Source of the DNA: an uncultured Chloroflexia bacterium | GTDB taxonomy: Bacteria; Chloroflexota; Limnocylindria; Limnocylindrales; CSP1-4 | Length of the DNA stretch: 64,000 nucleotides | Reading direction: 5' to 3' | Assembly (NCBI GenBank): GCA_963766675.1 | Contig: CAVYBA010000003.1 | Location: 3,567-67,566 of the forward strand | Part shown: positions 37,827-47,953 of the stretch, in pieces | Layout: every line of letters begins with the position of its first letter | Numbering within the stretch: the first letter of the stretch is position 1 | Notes under the pieces: model-generated | Told to the model about the DNA's origin: nothing | The model's database searches: none | Seen by the model: the letters and a program-made list of their open reading frames with translations, nothing else | Position numbers and translations under genes: made by a program

Positions 37827-38648
37827 ATGACCGAGGGCAACCGGCAGGCCGAATCGCGGATCGATGAGGGTCGCGGCGCCGATGGGTTCGCCCAGGCGCT
37901 GGTCGACGAGCTGCCGCGACTCGTTCGCCTGGCGACGCGGCTCGTGCGCGACGCGGACCAGGCGGAGGACTGCGCGCAGGAGACGATCGTCGGGGCATGG
38001 CGCCGGCGCGACCAGCTTCGTGATCGGGCGGCGCTCTCGGCGTGGCTCCGGCGCAGCCTCGTCAACCGTGTCATCGATCGGTCCCGGGTCCACCGGGACG
38101 AGCTCGACATCGATGCCGTCGAGGCCGACTGGCGTGACGATCGCTACTCGGTCGCACCCGACCGCGTCGTGGAGCGTGCCGAGCTCAACGACGAGCTCGA
38201 GGACGCACTCGCCCGCCTGCCGGTCATCTACCGGTTGCCGGTCGTCCTCCACGACGTGGTCGGCTGGACGGCCGCGGAGATCGGACGGGCCATGGATTCG
38301 CGGTTGCCGGCCACGAAGCAGCGTCTGCGAAGGGGCCGGATGATGCTGGTCAGTGCCCTCGCCGAGGGTGACGAACGCCGGCTGGCGAGCCTGGCGCAGC
38401 CGCTGCGGTGCTGGCGAGCGCGACGCCACGTCTCGGCGTACCTCGACGGCGAGCTCAGTGCGAGCACGCGCCTGGCGGTCGAGACGCACCTGGAGACCTG
38501 TCCGACGTGCCCGCCTTTGTATGCCGGCCTCGTCGGCGTGAAGGCCAGCCTCGGGGGCCTGCGCGATCCCGACTCGGTCGTCGAGGACGAGATCGCCGCG
38601 CGCATCCGGGAGCATCTCGACAAGCACGCGGGAGGGCCCGGTCCCTGA
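37827..38648 (+). CDS. ECF sigma-70 factor fused to a C-terminal zinc-binding anti-sigma (ZAS, zf-HC2) domain
   Basis: AEDCAQET..AWRR, WLRR..VN, LARLP..YR..VVLHD..G, KQRLRRGR; CWRARRHVSAYLDGEL...VETHLETCPTC. Confidence 0.88.
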   Translation: MTEGNRQAESRIDEGRGADGFAQALVDELPRLVRLATRLVRDADQAEDCAQETIVGAWRRRDQLRDRAALSAWLRRSLVNRVIDRSRVHRDELDIDAVEADWRDDRYSVAPDRVVERAELNDELEDALARLPVIYRLPVVLHDVVGWTAAEIGRAMDSRLPATKQRLRRGRMMLVSALAEGDERRLASLAQPLRCWRARRHVSAYLDGELSASTRLAVETHLETCPTCPPLYAGLVGVKASLGGLRDPDSVVEDEIAARIREHLDKHAGGPGP

Positions 38649-38749
38649 CCGACACCCGCGTCCCGCGTCCCGCGTCCCTCCTCCCTCCGACACCCGGCCA
38701 GCCGAGCGCCAATTCGTCCGCGTGGCCGGTGATCTCGCGCGATCGGGCG

Positions 38750-39349
38750 TCAGCGGTTGGGCGGTGCGGGATGATCGTGGAACTCGGGGAAGGAGACGCC
38801 CTCGAGGTCGCTGACGCCGGTGAGGAACTTGAGCAGGCCGTCCTTGCCCTTCACCGCGGTGGCCACCCGATAGCCGGCCGAGGCCAACGCTCCGAGCAGC
38901 TCGCGGTAGACGGCGCTCAGGTACACCTGCTCCCAGGTGTGCACCGCAACGGCACTGTCACCCTCAACGTCCACGACGACCACCCATTGGAGGACGCCCT
39001 TGCGGTTCTCGTAACTGTCGACCATGGCCTTCAGGTCGTCCGGGGTCCAGGAGGTCGACGCCATCCGCGCCACGACGCCGTACGCCAGCCCGCGCCACCA
39101 CGAGCGGTGGAAGTCACGCGAGATCGCGCTCCGGATCTCGGTCTCGAGGCCAGGGACGTCTGGGGCGGCTGTTGTGTCGCTCAGCAGACCGACCACCCGG
39201 TGCATGTTGAGGTTGCGCAGCTCCCAGAAGGTCCAGCCCTCGTCGTGGAGATCGCCGCGAAGGCGCAGCCCCTTCCGTGAGGCCGCCGCCCCGACGACGG
39301 CCGAGAGATCCGGTCCGGTCAAGGTCCCCCTCTGCGAGCTCGATTCCAT
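38750..39349 (-). CDS. Hypothetical protein
   Basis: 199 aa ORF with protein-like composition, GGAGG RBS; no recognisable motif. Confidence 0.6.
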   Translation of the reverse strand: MESSSQRGTLTGPDLSAVVGAAASRKGLRLRGDLHDEGWTFWELRNLNMHRVVGLLSDTTAAPDVPGLETEIRSAISRDFHRSWWRGLAYGVVARMASTSWTPDDLKAMVDSYENRKGVLQWVVVVDVEGDSAVAVHTWEQVYLSAVYRELLGALASAGYRVATAVKGKDGLLKFLTGVSDLEGVSFPEFHDHPAPPNR

Positions 39350-39521
39350 CCGGCTGATGCCTCCACGTCAAACGCACGGTCGCTGGCAGTCACCGCCCAC
39401 GATGTCATAGGTCCGCCACGGTCTGCAAAGCCGGCGGGTGGGCCGATTTGGCGGAGGGACCGCGGAGAGGCGCGCTGGCGCCGGTCGCGGCGGAAGTGAG
39501 TGTCAAGGGTATGCTCCGTCA

Positions 39522-40730
39522 ATGTTCCGGATGGCCGTCGGCCATAGCGACGACGTGGACCTCGAGACCGCGCTGCAGGAGGTCTTCGCGCAGTGCGACC
39601 TCGGTCTCGCCGGAGCAGTCCCGAAAGCCGGCCTCCTGATGAGCACCTGGGGGGTCGACCATCGCTTCACGATCGACCACGTGCGAGCCCGATATCCGGG
39701 AATCGAGCTCGCCGGCTCGAGCAGCGCCGGCGAGATGTCCTCGGCGCTGGGCTTCCGCGAGGACTCTGTCGCGCTTGCCCTGTTCGCGTCGGATTCGATC
39801 GACCTCGTGGCCGGGCTGGGGCACGACATCGCCGCGGATTGCATCGCCGCCGCCCACGAGGCGGTCGCCGAAGCCACAGCCAAGACGAGCCTCCCTCCGC
39901 GGCTGTGCATCGTCATGTCGACGATCGGCGGGGTGGAGGCGGGTGCCATCCTGAGCGCCCTCCGGACCGCGCTCGGCCCCGGAGTTCCAATCATCGGCGG
40001 CGGCGCGGCTCCGCGCGACCCCGGCGCCGAACCCGACGGAACGACGAGCGTGGAGTTCGCAGGCAACCTCCTCGCCCGCGACGCGCTGGCCATCCTGCTG
40101 TTCGCAGGCCCGGTCGCGTTCTCGTACGGCGTCGACACCGGCTGGCGCGGCGTAGGTCCGCGGGCGACGATCACGCGAACCTCGGCCGCAGAGGTGCTGG
40201 AGATCGATGGCCGGCCGGCGCTCGAGTTCTACGAGCGGTTCGTCGGTTCGAGCCAGCCGGCGATCGCCAACCCGCTCGCGGTCTTCGACGCGCCGGATTC
40301 GGACGCCTTCTACCTCCGAACACCGACCGCATATGACCGCGAACAAGGCTCGATCGCCTTCTTCGGCGCCATTCCACAGGGCGCGACCGTGCAGCTGACG
40401 ATGGCCGGAACCGACCAGATCTTCGAGGGGGCGCAGGCTTCGTTTGCCCACGCGCTGGCCGGCTTCCCGAGCGGCGCGCGACCGACCGGTGCCCTCCTGT
40501 TCTCGTGCGCCACCCGCAAGTTCCTGCTCGGAACCCGCGCCGGGCGCGAGATCGAGCTGGCACGGGAGTTCCTGGGCGATACCGTCCCCATCGCCGGCTT
40601 CTACTGCATGGGCGAGATCGCGCCGATGGCACTGGCCGGGGAGACACGATTCCACAACGCGACGATGGTCTCGGTCCTGCTCGGGTCCGCGGACGCGGAC
40701 GCGGACGGGAGAGAATCGCTTGACCACTGA
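39522..40730 (+). CDS. FIST N/C domain signal transduction protein
   Basis: GSSSAGE, GGGAA, GWR.VG, EIDGRPA, FSCATR, GFYCMGEIAP...FHNAT; TATGCT 6 nt before ATG. Confidence 0.88.
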   Translation: MFRMAVGHSDDVDLETALQEVFAQCDLGLAGAVPKAGLLMSTWGVDHRFTIDHVRARYPGIELAGSSSAGEMSSALGFREDSVALALFASDSIDLVAGLGHDIAADCIAAAHEAVAEATAKTSLPPRLCIVMSTIGGVEAGAILSALRTALGPGVPIIGGGAAPRDPGAEPDGTTSVEFAGNLLARDALAILLFAGPVAFSYGVDTGWRGVGPRATITRTSAAEVLEIDGRPALEFYERFVGSSQPAIANPLAVFDAPDSDAFYLRTPTAYDREQGSIAFFGAIPQGATVQLTMAGTDQIFEGAQASFAHALAGFPSGARPTGALLFSCATRKFLLGTRAGREIELAREFLGDTVPIAGFYCMGEIAPMALAGETRFHNATMVSVLLGSADADADGRESLDH

Positions 40731-41523
40731 GCCCGTAGGCCCAGCGTCCCCCGAGGAGCTGGAGAAGGAGAACCGCAGGCTCACGCGCCGCCTCCAGCGG
40801 CTCGAGGACAACGTCCGGCGCCTCGAGCAGTTCCAGGACGCCAACTCGACACTGCAGTCGCGATTGCTGTCGGAGCTCGAGGAGGAACGCGCGAAATCCC
40901 AGCGGCTGCTGCGCAACGTCCTCCCGCAGCGGATCATCGACCGGCTGGCCGCCGGGGAGACGCTCATCGCGGATCGCCACGAGGCCGTGAGCGTCCTGTT
41001 CTGCGACATCGTCGGCTTCACCGAGATCTCCGCCCGCCTCGCGCCGGCGGTGCTGATCGATGAGCTGAACCAGCTCTACAGCGGCTTCGACGCAATCTGC
41101 GAGCGAACGGGGGTCGAGAAGATCAAGACGGTCGGCGACGCCTATCTCGTGATCGGCGGCCTCGGCGGAAGTGCCGACCACGCCGTGGCCGTCGCGGAGA
41201 CGGCGCTGCGGATGGTCGAGCAGGTCGAGGCCGGCGCCGGGGCCGGCGCCGGGGCCGACTGGCGGATCCGGATCGGCCTCCACGGCGGGCCGGCCGTGGC
41301 CGGGGTGATCGGGACCACGAAATTCGCCTACGACGTCTGGGGCGACACGGTGAACGTGGCCGCCCGACTCGAGGCCGCCTCGGAGCCGAACCGGATCCAC
41401 GTCTCCGGGACGCTGGCCGCGCACCTGGAGGAGGGCTTCCGGCTGGAGCCGCGCGGCGCCATCGATCTCAAGGGCAAGGGACGAGTCGAGACGTGCTTCC
41501 TGCTGGGTCGGCGCGAGCCGTGA
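40720..41523 (+). CDS. Class III adenylate cyclase with N-terminal coiled coil
   Basis: TTG start overlapping the FIST gene; VLFCDIVGFT, EKIKTVGDAY, YDVWGDTVNVAARLE. Confidence 0.9.
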   Translation: MTTEPVGPASPEELEKENRRLTRRLQRLEDNVRRLEQFQDANSTLQSRLLSELEEERAKSQRLLRNVLPQRIIDRLAAGETLIADRHEAVSVLFCDIVGFTEISARLAPAVLIDELNQLYSGFDAICERTGVEKIKTVGDAYLVIGGLGGSADHAVAVAETALRMVEQVEAGAGAGAGADWRIRIGLHGGPAVAGVIGTTKFAYDVWGDTVNVAARLEAASEPNRIHVSGTLAAHLEEGFRLEPRGAIDLKGKGRVETCFLLGRREP

Positions 41524-41681
41524 GTCGACATGGATCCTCGTCCACAGCTCGCCAGGATCGGACCGTCTCCGCCGGTGTCGGCACCGGGACCCGGTTCGCG
41601 AGCGACGTGAGATGCACGTCTCCCGCGGTTACGTGCCACCGGCGTCCGGGAGACCGAGGGCGGCTCAGAAGGGCCGGACCG

Positions 41682-43052
41682 CTACGGCTGGATGTTCTGG
41701 TTCACCCGGAAGAGGTTGGTCGGGTCGTGACGACGCTTGACCTCCTGTAGCCGGGCGAGGTTCCGGCCGTAGCTCGCGGGGACGCGGCTGCCATCATCGC
41801 CTGACATGAAGTTCACGTACCCGCCCGCCTCCGAGTACGGCGCGATGGCCGAGTAGTAGTCCCGGACCCAGGCGATGGTTGCGTCGTTGTCGGCGGGATC
41901 CGGCCACATCCCGGCGATGACCGTCGCGAAGTTGGCCGAGCGATTGGCAAATGCCGTCGCCTCCGGCGCGACGCGGTGGCAGGCGCCGTTGATCGGGTAG
42001 ATGTGCATCGTCGAGCTCACCACCGGGACCCTCGAACCGAAGTCGAGGTGTGCCTCGATCGCGTCGTCGGTGAGCTCGGAGGCGAAGGCAGTCTTCCAAT
42101 AGTGCTGCAGCCCGGCCGGGTACAGCGCGTCGAACGCGCTGTTGAGCGCGAAGTAGGGTGCCGGTCCGACGTGCTCAGCGACGACCTCGGCGACCTCGTG
42201 GAAGGGGCGCAGGGCGGCCTCACCTTGGGCGACCGGCCCGGCCCAGCAGGCCACGACGAGGAACATCGTCTCGCCGTGGCGCTCAGCCGGAATGAAGGGC
42301 AGCGGTGGCGCGATCTGGAACCCGGGGAAGGCGCCGAGCTTCTCCGACGCGGTGACGATGTGGTCCCGATAGAAGCGGAGGACGGTGGCAGCGTCCTTGA
42401 GGTCATAGAACATCGGCCCGCCGTAGATCTCGGGCACGGGGTGGAGCCGGAACCGGAACGACGTGACCACGCCGAAGTTGCCGCCGCCGCCGCGGATCGC
42501 CCAGAAGAGATCCTCGTTCTCACGCTCACTGGCGGTCCGGAGCTGGCCGTCGGCGGTGACGATCTCGACCGAGTCGAGGTTGTCGCACGAGAGGCCGTGA
42601 CCCCGCGCCAGGTAGCCGATCCCGCCGCCGAGGGTCAGCCCACCGACGCCGGTCGTCGAGACGATCCCGCCGGTGGTGGCGAGCCCATGAGCCGCGGTCG
42701 CCGCGTTGACATCGTTCCAGGTCGCGCCACCATCGGCGATCGCCAGCCGCCTGCCGGGATCGACCGTGACCTCGCGCATGCCGCCGAGATCGGCCACGAC
42801 CCCGCCATCGACCGTCCCAAATCCTGGGACGCTGTGACCGCCACCTCGGACCGCGAGCGGCACCCCAGCCGCCGCGGCATACCGTACCGCGGCACCGACG
42901 TCGGCAGCGCCGACGCATCGAACGACCGCCAGGGGCCGGCGATCGATCATCGCGTTGTAGACGCGGCGAGCCCGGTCGTAGTCGGCGTCGTCGGGCGTGA
43001 CCACCTGACCCTCCACCTGAGCCCGCAATTGCTGGACGTCGTGGCCTGCCAT
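41682..43052 (-). CDS. FAD-binding oxidoreductase, berberine bridge enzyme/6-HDNO-like
   Basis: RGGGHSV, TGVGGLTLGGGIG, LFWAIRGGGGNFGVVT, YVNF, DPTNLFR.NQNI. Confidence 0.93.
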   Translation of the reverse strand: MAGHDVQQLRAQVEGQVVTPDDADYDRARRVYNAMIDRRPLAVVRCVGAADVGAAVRYAAAAGVPLAVRGGGHSVPGFGTVDGGVVADLGGMREVTVDPGRRLAIADGGATWNDVNAATAAHGLATTGGIVSTTGVGGLTLGGGIGYLARGHGLSCDNLDSVEIVTADGQLRTASERENEDLFWAIRGGGGNFGVVTSFRFRLHPVPEIYGGPMFYDLKDAATVLRFYRDHIVTASEKLGAFPGFQIAPPLPFIPAERHGETMFLVVACWAGPVAQGEAALRPFHEVAEVVAEHVGPAPYFALNSAFDALYPAGLQHYWKTAFASELTDDAIEAHLDFGSRVPVVSSTMHIYPINGACHRVAPEATAFANRSANFATVIAGMWPDPADNDATIAWVRDYYSAIAPYSEAGGYVNFMSGDDGSRVPASYGRNLARLQEVKRRHDPTNLFRVNQNIQP

Positions 43053-43266
43053 CAATTCGCTCCCTTCGCCGCCTTCGGTCTTGCGGCGGCCCACGTGGCC
43101 GCCGGATGCCGACCGGCACCCGGCTTGCCACGCCGACCCAACCTAGGGCAGGTGGACCGCGCTGCGCATCGGGGGAATCACCCAATTCGGTTCGCCGTCG
43201 CTAGGCTCCCAATGGCGGCTACCACGCAGACCGAAGCGGTCCTCCGGCATGCGGCGTCCGCGCCGC

Positions 43267-44376
43267 TCAGACCCGTGGGGCGGGAGTCAACCTGGGCAGG
43301 CGCGTGTCCCGCGCGAGGCGAGCGGCGGCCGCCGCGCGGGCGGCCTTGCCGCCGAGCCCGAACTTGACGTAGATGTTCGACAGGTGGCGCTCGATCGTTC
43401 GAACGCTAAGCGCGAGCTCCGCCGCGATCTCGGCATTGCTCCAGCCCTCGGCCACCAGTCGCAGGACGTCGAGCTCGCGGGCGCTCAGGTCCGCGTTCGC
43501 CGTGGACAGGCTGGCTCGCGTCTCGACGACCGGCGAGTCGGTCCGCACGAAGTCGTCCACCAGGTCCAGGAATCGGAGCCATGCCGGCTCGTCGGGCCGA
43601 ATGATGTGGTTGTTCCCAGGGAACTGGACGAAGCGAGCTCCGGGAATGGCGGCCGCGATCCTCGGACCCCAGCGCGGACCGACCACGTGATCGTCGTCCA
43701 CGTGGATGATGAGGGTCGGTGCCCGGACCAGTGGTGCGATTTCGGCCACATCGGCATGGCCGAAGGCTCGCTCGAAGCGCACGGCATTCTCGGAGGAAGT
43801 CGTGCGGCGCATGAGCTCGTCATAGGAGCGCATCAGCAGCTCGTCACCGTCCGGCACGAAGCTGGACGTCCAGACGCGCCGGAAGCTGGGATCCTCGCGA
43901 CCCCAGCCGAGGCCCATCAGCGTGATGAGCGCCTCCATCTCAGCGCGGTCCTCAGGGTTCAGGTCCGGGCGATCCCAGCCGGTCAGGTAGCCGCCCAGAG
44001 TAACGAGGTGGCTCACCCGCTCCGGGTGGCTGGCCGCGTAGGCGATCGCCACCTGGGCGCCCTGGGACATCCCGAACAGGGCGAAGCGCCCGAAGCCTGT
44101 CGCGTCGACGACGGTCTCGAGATCCTCGACCCAGGCCTCCAGCGAGAAATCTTGCGTGTCCCAGTCCGACAGGCCGCAGCCGCGTTCGTCATAGCGGAGG
44201 GTGGTCCATCGGCGGCCGAATGCCTCCAGCCACGGTTGCCAGATCGGGCTTTCCCAGTCGTACTCGAGGTGGGTCAACCACGTCGGCGCCCGGACGAGGA
44301 GGGGCCCGCTGCCATGGATGGCGTACGCGAGCCTTGTCCCGTCTCGTGCGCTGGCGAAGCGAATCTGCTGTTCCAT
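43267..44376 (-). CDS. Alpha/beta hydrolase fused to LuxR HTH regulator
   Basis: RYDERGCGLS, GMSQG; LSARELDVLRLVAEG.SN.EIA..L..S.RTIERHLSNIY.K. Confidence 0.9.
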   Translation of the reverse strand: MEQQIRFASARDGTRLAYAIHGSGPLLVRAPTWLTHLEYDWESPIWQPWLEAFGRRWTTLRYDERGCGLSDWDTQDFSLEAWVEDLETVVDATGFGRFALFGMSQGAQVAIAYAASHPERVSHLVTLGGYLTGWDRPDLNPEDRAEMEALITLMGLGWGREDPSFRRVWTSSFVPDGDELLMRSYDELMRRTTSSENAVRFERAFGHADVAEIAPLVRAPTLIIHVDDDHVVGPRWGPRIAAAIPGARFVQFPGNNHIIRPDEPAWLRFLDLVDDFVRTDSPVVETRASLSTANADLSARELDVLRLVAEGWSNAEIAAELALSVRTIERHLSNIYVKFGLGGKAARAAAAARLARDTRLPRLTPAPRV

Positions 44377-44464
44377 GGCAGGTCGCCTCCGGACGGGCCC
44401 GGTCGTTTCGAGGCCATGAGGATCGCCGATATCCTACCGCCGCCGGGGTGCGTGACGCCTCCGA

Positions 44465-45073
44465 TCAGCGCCCGGTGGCTGTCAGCCCGCGAAGCACGAG
44501 GTCAATGACCAGCGCCCGCGCCTGCTGGCTTGGCACCTCGTGCGCGCTGCGGAGGTGAAGGTAGGTCCAGCAGACCATGTTGAAGACCACCTCTGCGCTT
44601 TCGAGCAGGTCGCCCTCGACGGGCCGGAGGCTGCCGTCGGCCGAGCCCTCCGACAGGAATCTCGCAAACGGGTCCACGAAGTTCATGCCGACTGCGCCGT
44701 GCTGCTCGCGGAATCCGCGGTGGAAGGCGCGATCCGATGCGACCAGCAGGGGGATGTGACGGTCCACGACGTCGCACAGCCGCTCGAGGCCCAGTCGGAG
44801 TCGCTCGGCTCCGCTGCCCTCGGTCGTCAGCACCGGCCACAGCGTCTCTCGGAAGTCGACGCCCAGGCGGTCGAGGAGCCCACCGGCGAGCCGCTCGCGC
44901 GTGGCGCCTTGCCGCCAGGTGGTGACGCGTGACATGCCCGCGCGTTCGGCGACCCGCTCCTGGGTGAGTCCCTCCCAACCCGACTCGGCCAGAACGGCCG
45001 CGGCGGCATCGAGCAGACGTGCGTCGAGCGCACGCGTCTGGACCTGGCGGGTTCGTTGCTGCGGACTGGACAT
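44465..45073 (-). CDS. TetR/AcrR family regulator
   Basis: LLDAAA.VLAESG.EGLT.ERVAERAGMSRVT.WR; start ATG 45073. Confidence 0.88.
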   Translation of the reverse strand: MSSPQQRTRQVQTRALDARLLDAAAAVLAESGWEGLTQERVAERAGMSRVTTWRQGATRERLAGGLLDRLGVDFRETLWPVLTTEGSGAERLRLGLERLCDVVDRHIPLLVASDRAFHRGFREQHGAVGMNFVDPFARFLSEGSADGSLRPVEGDLLESAEVVFNMVCWTYLHLRSAHEVPSQQARALVIDLVLRGLTATGR

Positions 45074-45112
45074 GGTCGCCAGCATAGCACACGGGGTAGC
45101 ATGACTCCATCC

Positions 45113-45142
45113 TTGACGCAACTATTATGCTACATGTAGGAT
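45113..45142 (+). promoter_or_regulatory. Sigma70-type promoter TTGACG-N18-TAGGAT for the HIT-like/chrA genes
   Basis: Near-consensus -35/-10; GTAGCAT...ATGCTAC inverted repeat overlaps it. Confidence 0.55.
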
Positions 45143-45173
45143 GTACCGACGATGCACGCTGAAGGAGCCAGCC

Positions 45174-45674
45174 ATGCAACTTCCGTATGAGCAGCCACTC
45201 GTGGCACGGAAACCCGGGCCGCGCGTCATCCCCGAGCCGCCGCGTCGCGGCGAACCGGGCGGGAAGCCGTGCGGGATCTGTTCCGGCGCGATGACCACTG
45301 CGGTCTGGTCGGACGAGCACTGGACACTCCATCCCCCGGTCAGCGGCAGCCTGCCCGGGACGGTATGGCTCGCGAGCCGCGTCCACGTCGACTCGTTCGG
45401 CGACCTGCCGCCGGCGGAAGCCTCGACCTTCGGCCCGGTCGTGGCCCGAGCGGAGCGTGCGATTCTCGGCCTGGGCGGCATCGGCCGTGTCCACCTCTAC
45501 CGGTGGGGCGACGGCGGTGCACACTTCCACGTCTGGCTGATCCCACGTCCGCACGGCATGCTGGAGGCGTCGGGCATGATGCTTCCGCTCTGGGAAGACG
45601 TGCTGCCCAAGGTGACCGACGAGGAGCTCGCGGATGCGGCGCGCCGTGTTGCCGCAAACATGGATGCCGGCTGA
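45174..45674 (+). CDS. HIT-like family protein
   Basis: CGIC, RVHVDSF.DLP, GAHFHVWLIPR; AAGGAG RBS. Confidence 0.6.
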   Translation: MQLPYEQPLVARKPGPRVIPEPPRRGEPGGKPCGICSGAMTTAVWSDEHWTLHPPVSGSLPGTVWLASRVHVDSFGDLPPAEASTFGPVVARAERAILGLGGIGRVHLYRWGDGGAHFHVWLIPRPHGMLEASGMMLPLWEDVLPKVTDEELADAARRVAANMDAG

Positions 45675-46870
45675 CGACACGTCGGGGAAACCGGCGTCCG
45701 GGTCCGCCCTCGAGGTGCTGGGCGCCGCGACGCGGCTCGGGCTGACCTCATTCGGTGGACCGATCGCCCACCTGGGCTACTTCCGCCGCGAGTATGTCGA
45801 GCGGCGGCGCTGGCTCGACGACACGAGCTACGGCGAGCTCGTCGCACTCTGCCAGGTCCTGCCGGGCCCGGCCAGCAGCCAGCTTGGGATCGCCATCGGG
45901 ACTCGGCGCGCCGGGCTGCTCGGCGGCCTGGCCGCCTGGGTCGGCTTTACCCTCCCGTCGGCTTGCGCGCTCGTCACGTTCGGGCTGTTGACGGCATCAA
46001 CCGACCTGGCGAGTGCGGGATGGGTGCACGGGCTGAAGCTGGCGGCCGTCGCGGTGGTGGCCCAGGCGGTCTACCTCATGGCGCGCCGCCTGACGCCCGA
46101 CTGGCGCCGGCGTGCCCTGGCGGCGCTCGCGGCGGCTGTGTCGCTGGCCTGGGCAAGTCCGTTGTTGCAGGTCGCGGTCATCGGAGTCGGCGGCCTCGCG
46201 GGCTGGATGCTCGTACCCTGTGCCGGCCGAGACCTCCGACTCGGCCGACACGAGCCCGGTGTCGGCTCGACTCGGCTTTGTTTTCCTCGCGCTCTTCTTC
46301 GCCCTCCTGGCATTGCTACCCGGACTGCGTGCGCTCGACGGACAGCTTGCCGCGCTCGTGGATACGTTCTACCGCGTGGGTGCGCTCGTCTTCGGCGGCG
46401 GGCACGTGGTCCTCCCCCTCCTGCATAGCAGCGTGGTCGATCCCGGCTGGGTCAGCAACGACCGATTCCTCGCCGGGTACGGGGCCGCCCAGGCCATCCC
46501 CGGGCCGCTCTTCAGCTTCTCGGCCTACCTCGGTGGCGTCTCGTCCCTGGCGCCGTCGGGCATCGTCGGGGCCGCGCTCGCGTTGTGCGCGATCTACCTC
46601 CCGTCCTTCCTGCTCATCTGGGGCGTACTGCCCTTCTGGCACCGGCTTCGGACGTCGGTCCCGTTCCGGCGAGCGGTCGCCGGAACGAATGCCGTGGTGG
46701 TCGGCATCCTGCTATCCGCGCTCTACACGCCGATCTGGACCAGTGCCATTCGGGATCCGATCGACGTGGCCGTCGCCGGCGCCGGGCTCGGCGCGCTGAT
46801 GACCGGCCGGGTGCCGCCCATCCTGGTGGTGGTTGCCAGCGCGCTGGTCGGCCAATTCATCGGTCCCTGA
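45664..46870 (+). pseudogene. chrA: Chromate efflux transporter, frameshifted near 46215
   Basis: First half SFGGPIAH, CQVLPGPASSQ; second half in another frame FGGGHVVLP, AQAIPGP, IYLPSF. Confidence 0.85.
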
Positions 46871-47000
46871 GGCGGAGAGGGCTCGCTCCGACACACCCGG
46901 GATGAGCTTCGCCGTGCGCGACAGCTACGGCAACCCGCCGGGAACCGGCACCGGCCGGACTGCGAAACCTCGATCCCCGAGAAGTCAGCCGGGGCAGGGA

Positions 47001-47912
47001 TCAGTCGGTCTCAAGGAGCTCGAGCGCGGGCGCCATCGCCTCGACTGCCGCGAGCGTGCGCGGCCACAGAAGGACCTCGACCTGCGTGAAGCCGCCCCTC
47101 TGGAAGCTCCGCAAACCATCGGCGATCTCCTCGGCGGAGCCGCGCAACGGCACTGCGAGCGCCTCGGCCGCACCCGTCATCGCCGTGGGCTCGACCACGA
47201 TGCCGGCCGACCTGCCAATCGTCGCGGGATCGCGGCCGACCTCGAGGCAGGCCGCCTCCAGGCCCGCGAGCCGTGGGCCGAACTCGCCGAGATCGCTCCT
47301 CTCCTCGACGTACCAGCTCCAGATGTCGGCGTGCCTGGCTGCCAGGCGGAGCATCTTCGGACCCTTGGCGCCGATCATCATCGGGATCCGGCCTGGTCTC
47401 GGTCCGATCGGACGTTGCTCCAGCTCCCGGGCGGCATGGAACGTCCCCTCGAAGTTGGCGCGACCCTGGCGGAGGAGCGGAACGATGATCTCGATGGCTT
47501 CCTCGAAACGACCGTAGACATGGTCCTCGGGGAGCCCGAAGGCATGCGCCTGGCGACCGGCGTGCCCGGACCCGAGCCCGAAGACGAAGCGTCCTCCGCT
47601 GATCTCGTCGAGCGTCTCGACGGCCTTTGCGGTGAGACCGGGATTGCGGTGGAGCGCCGACATGATCCAGGTGCCGACCTTCACGCGCGACGTCGCGGCC
47701 GCCACGGCGCCGGTCATCGCGATGCACTCCCACCAGCCTCGCACCGGCCCGTCCACCGGCCGCCACAACAGCTCATCGGGTACCCAGACCGTGTCGAACC
47801 CGATCTCCTCGGCCCGGACCGCGAGCTCGCGGATCTCGGGCCAGCGGGCCGTCGAGCCGTCGGTCCAGGATTCTTCCATCGGAAGCACGAGACCGATCTC
47901 GAGTCTTCGCAT
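47001..47912 (-). CDS. LLM class flavin/F420-dependent oxidoreductase
   Basis: AEEIGFDTVWVPDE, HRNPGLTAKAVETLDEISGGRF.FGLGSG, GAKGPKML.LAA..AD.W. Confidence 0.9.
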   Translation of the reverse strand: MRRLEIGLVLPMEESWTDGSTARWPEIRELAVRAEEIGFDTVWVPDELLWRPVDGPVRGWWECIAMTGAVAAATSRVKVGTWIMSALHRNPGLTAKAVETLDEISGGRFVFGLGSGHAGRQAHAFGLPEDHVYGRFEEAIEIIVPLLRQGRANFEGTFHAARELEQRPIGPRPGRIPMMIGAKGPKMLRLAARHADIWSWYVEERSDLGEFGPRLAGLEAACLEVGRDPATIGRSAGIVVEPTAMTGAAEALAVPLRGSAEEIADGLRSFQRGGFTQVEVLLWPRTLAAVEAMAPALELLETD

Positions 47913-47953
47913 TGCGCCTCCGCGGTGGGACCCGGTAGCCGGGCCTGATGGGT

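Noticed and set aside
46200-46230. Programmed ribosomal frameshift in chrA
   Set aside because: No slippery heptamer or stimulatory hairpin evident.
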